From: Azolla caroliniana
Taxonomy: Eukaryota > Plantae > Polypodiophyta
NCBI GenBank assembly: GCA_043228905.1
Contig: JBHGNT010000005.1
Location: 20,522,001 to 20,586,000, forward strand
DNA length: 64,000 bases
Direction: 5' to 3'
A model generated the notes under the pieces. It was not told where the DNA came from, did no database searches, and saw only the letters and a list, made by a program, of their open reading frames with translations. Each line of letters starts with the position of its first letter. Within the stretch, counting starts at the first letter, position 1. The translations under genes were made by a program, and so were the position numbers. Below, in pieces: positions 62,101-64,000 of this stretch.

Positions 62101-64000
62101 GATTCGGCTCCGGTAAACCCCAACTTGACGGTTTCACCGATTCGGATATGTCGGTTGATGTGGATACTAACCGGTTAACATCGGGATATGTTATGACATA
62201 TGCAGGGGGAGTTGTTTCGTGGCAGTCTAGGCTGCAAAAGACAGTTGCGTTGTCAACCACAGAGGCGGAGTACATGGCGGCTGTGGAAGCCGGCAAGGAA
62301 ATACTATGGATGAAGGACTTCATCGGAGAGCTAGGGATCTGGCAAGAGGAATACCGGCTCTATTGCAACAGTCAAAGTGCCATCCACCTTGCGAAGAACA
62401 CAACGTATCATTCCAGGACGAAGCACATCCAACGTAGGTACCACTGGATCCGAGAGTGAGTTGAAGATCAAGAGTTCGTGTTGATGAAGATCCACACGGA
62501 GGAGAACGGGTCAGATATGTTGACCAAAGTGTTGACACCTGACAAGTTGGACGCATGCCGGAAGCGAATTGGACTAACCAGTCATCCCATGCCGGAGTGA
62601 AGGGGGAGTTTGTTAGGATTTCGAGCCCTCCGTATGGGATGATGAAGGCCCGGCGTGAACCGGATGATGAAGGCCCGATGTGAACCGGATGTTGCACGCC
62701 CGGTGAGAACCTCTCACCGGATGAAGGGACACATATGAAAATATGTTCCAGAGAGCCCATTGTGGCTATATTTGTAAATAGCCCGAAAGTCATATTAGTA
62801 TAAATATGACATAGGGCAAACACTTGAGTGTGGTTAGTTGTTGTATAGAGTTATTTGGTGGAACTACTGTATAGAGCGTAACACAGAGAGAGAGAGAACG
62901 ATACAGAGAGTGTGTCTCTGTTGTAACCGCCGCCAGGCGAAGGTTGAGAGCAAGAGGTCGTTTCCTTTGTGCTCCTTGTTGTATTTTCCTTGACATAGTG
63001 ATAGTTTGGAGTCTGTGGGCTCCCGTGGTTTTTCTCTCTTAGGGTTTTCCACGTTAACATACTGTGTACTCTCTCTCATATTGGCCGTGTATATGTGCAT
63101 TTACCTTCGTTGCCCATTTCTTTTGTGGTTGTGATTCTAACGAAGTGATTGAAGTCTCGGTTGTGGCCGAGCATTATTCTGTATATTATTGTCAATTTCC
63201 TACGCGAAAGCGGAACAACACGACATAATTTGGTGAACCCGATGTGAAACAAGGAGGCAGAGGAGTAGAAGATGAGGGGATCAGAGCTCGTTGAAGCCAT
63301 GGCGGCAACAGTCGATCACATAGTAAGTGCTCGCGAGGGCACATGCGCCCTCGATAGGGCCATTGAAGCAATTGTCAGCACAATAGGCCGGTTCGGTGGG
63401 AAGGACTCCACGAGCTATTTGGAGGCCTACCGAGTCGAGATGGTCATGAGGGACATTCCGGAGGATAGGCGTTTGGCCGGGTTCCCTCGGGTGGCGACAC
63501 CGAGCATCGACACAGAGGTGCTCGAGGTATAGGCTGGATGCCGGACCTGGGGAGAATTCGAAGCACGGCTCCTCAAAAGGTACGGGCTTGATGACGCGCT
63601 TCGGTTATTGAAGCGGGACTTCATGGAGTGGGTGGAAACCCCTGGAAAGGGGAGGAACGCGTCGGCGCTCTTCCGGGAGTTCGAAGAATGCTTTGCACGG
63701 CTCTCGGCACTAGACAAGACCGTGCTAGACACAAGCCGTGTTCTGTTGTTCGTCAAAGTGGTGGACATGCGGGATCGGGATCAAGTGGGTCTCCTGGTTG
63801 AGACAGATGATGGGCCGACGACCGATTGGGCCACGGTCAAAAGAGTCTGCAACTATTTTGACAAGCGGCGTGAGTGGGGCGATTTGGGATTGTTGGCGGT
63901 GAGACCCGTCTTGGCAAGGAAGTTCGACGAGCCTTCGCTGGCACGAAAGGAGGAAACCCGGGATTGGCTTGAGACGGGCTCGACCTCGACCGGCGTGGTC

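Larger units (their letters stand above)
52067..63194 (+). mobile_element. Full-length Copia A inserted in the LTR of E; LTRs 52067-52623 and 62611-63194
   Basis: TSD ATTTC (52062-52066, 63195-63199); PBS TGGTATCAGAGC 52627-52638; PPT ~62595-62610; gag-PR-IN-RT-RH with several stops and frameshifts. Confidence 0.93.
51445..64000 (+). mobile_element. tRNA-Trp-primed Gypsy E: 5' LTR (51445-52066 and 63200-63225), PBS 63231-63247, decayed gag from 63272
   Basis: TGTCGCG...CACGACA; TGGTGAACCCGATGTGA; gag homologous to 4390-5190 (minus). Confidence 0.85.

Noticed and set aside
63231-63247. tRNA gene
   Set aside because: Only a 17-nt complement of a tRNA 3' end (PBS); no cloverleaf.

Overview
This is eukaryotic, repeat-dense land-plant nuclear DNA. 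It looks most like a large non-seed-plant (fern-like) genome, which is an inference from the retrotransposon types present. It contains one apparently intact host gene: an 8-exon, ~551-aa alpha-1,6-fucosyltransferase-like (FUT8/NodZ-type, At5g28910-like) glycosyltransferase at 24693-30414 (+). The gene sits in an AT-rich island carrying hAT elements, a MITE and a LINE remnant. The rest is nested, mostly decayed Ty3/Gypsy and Ty1/Copia LTR retrotransposons; several nestings can be resolved exactly by target-site duplications (TSDs). The most unusual signals are: (1) a chromovirus-type gag-pol unit (10401-16208) bounded by ~246-bp terminal INVERTED repeats equal to R-U5, with a 5-bp TSD; (2) covarying 11-nt self-priming sites in three Tcn1/Tf1-like LTRs, each with an extra upstream hairpin arm; (3) all three visible insertion ends of a tRNA-Trp-primed Gypsy family abut ACGT; (4) a ParB/Srx-like protein fragment trapped inside a retrotransposon; (5) circularly permuted plastid Hsp70 fragments. 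All alignments were done by eye and no database search was run.
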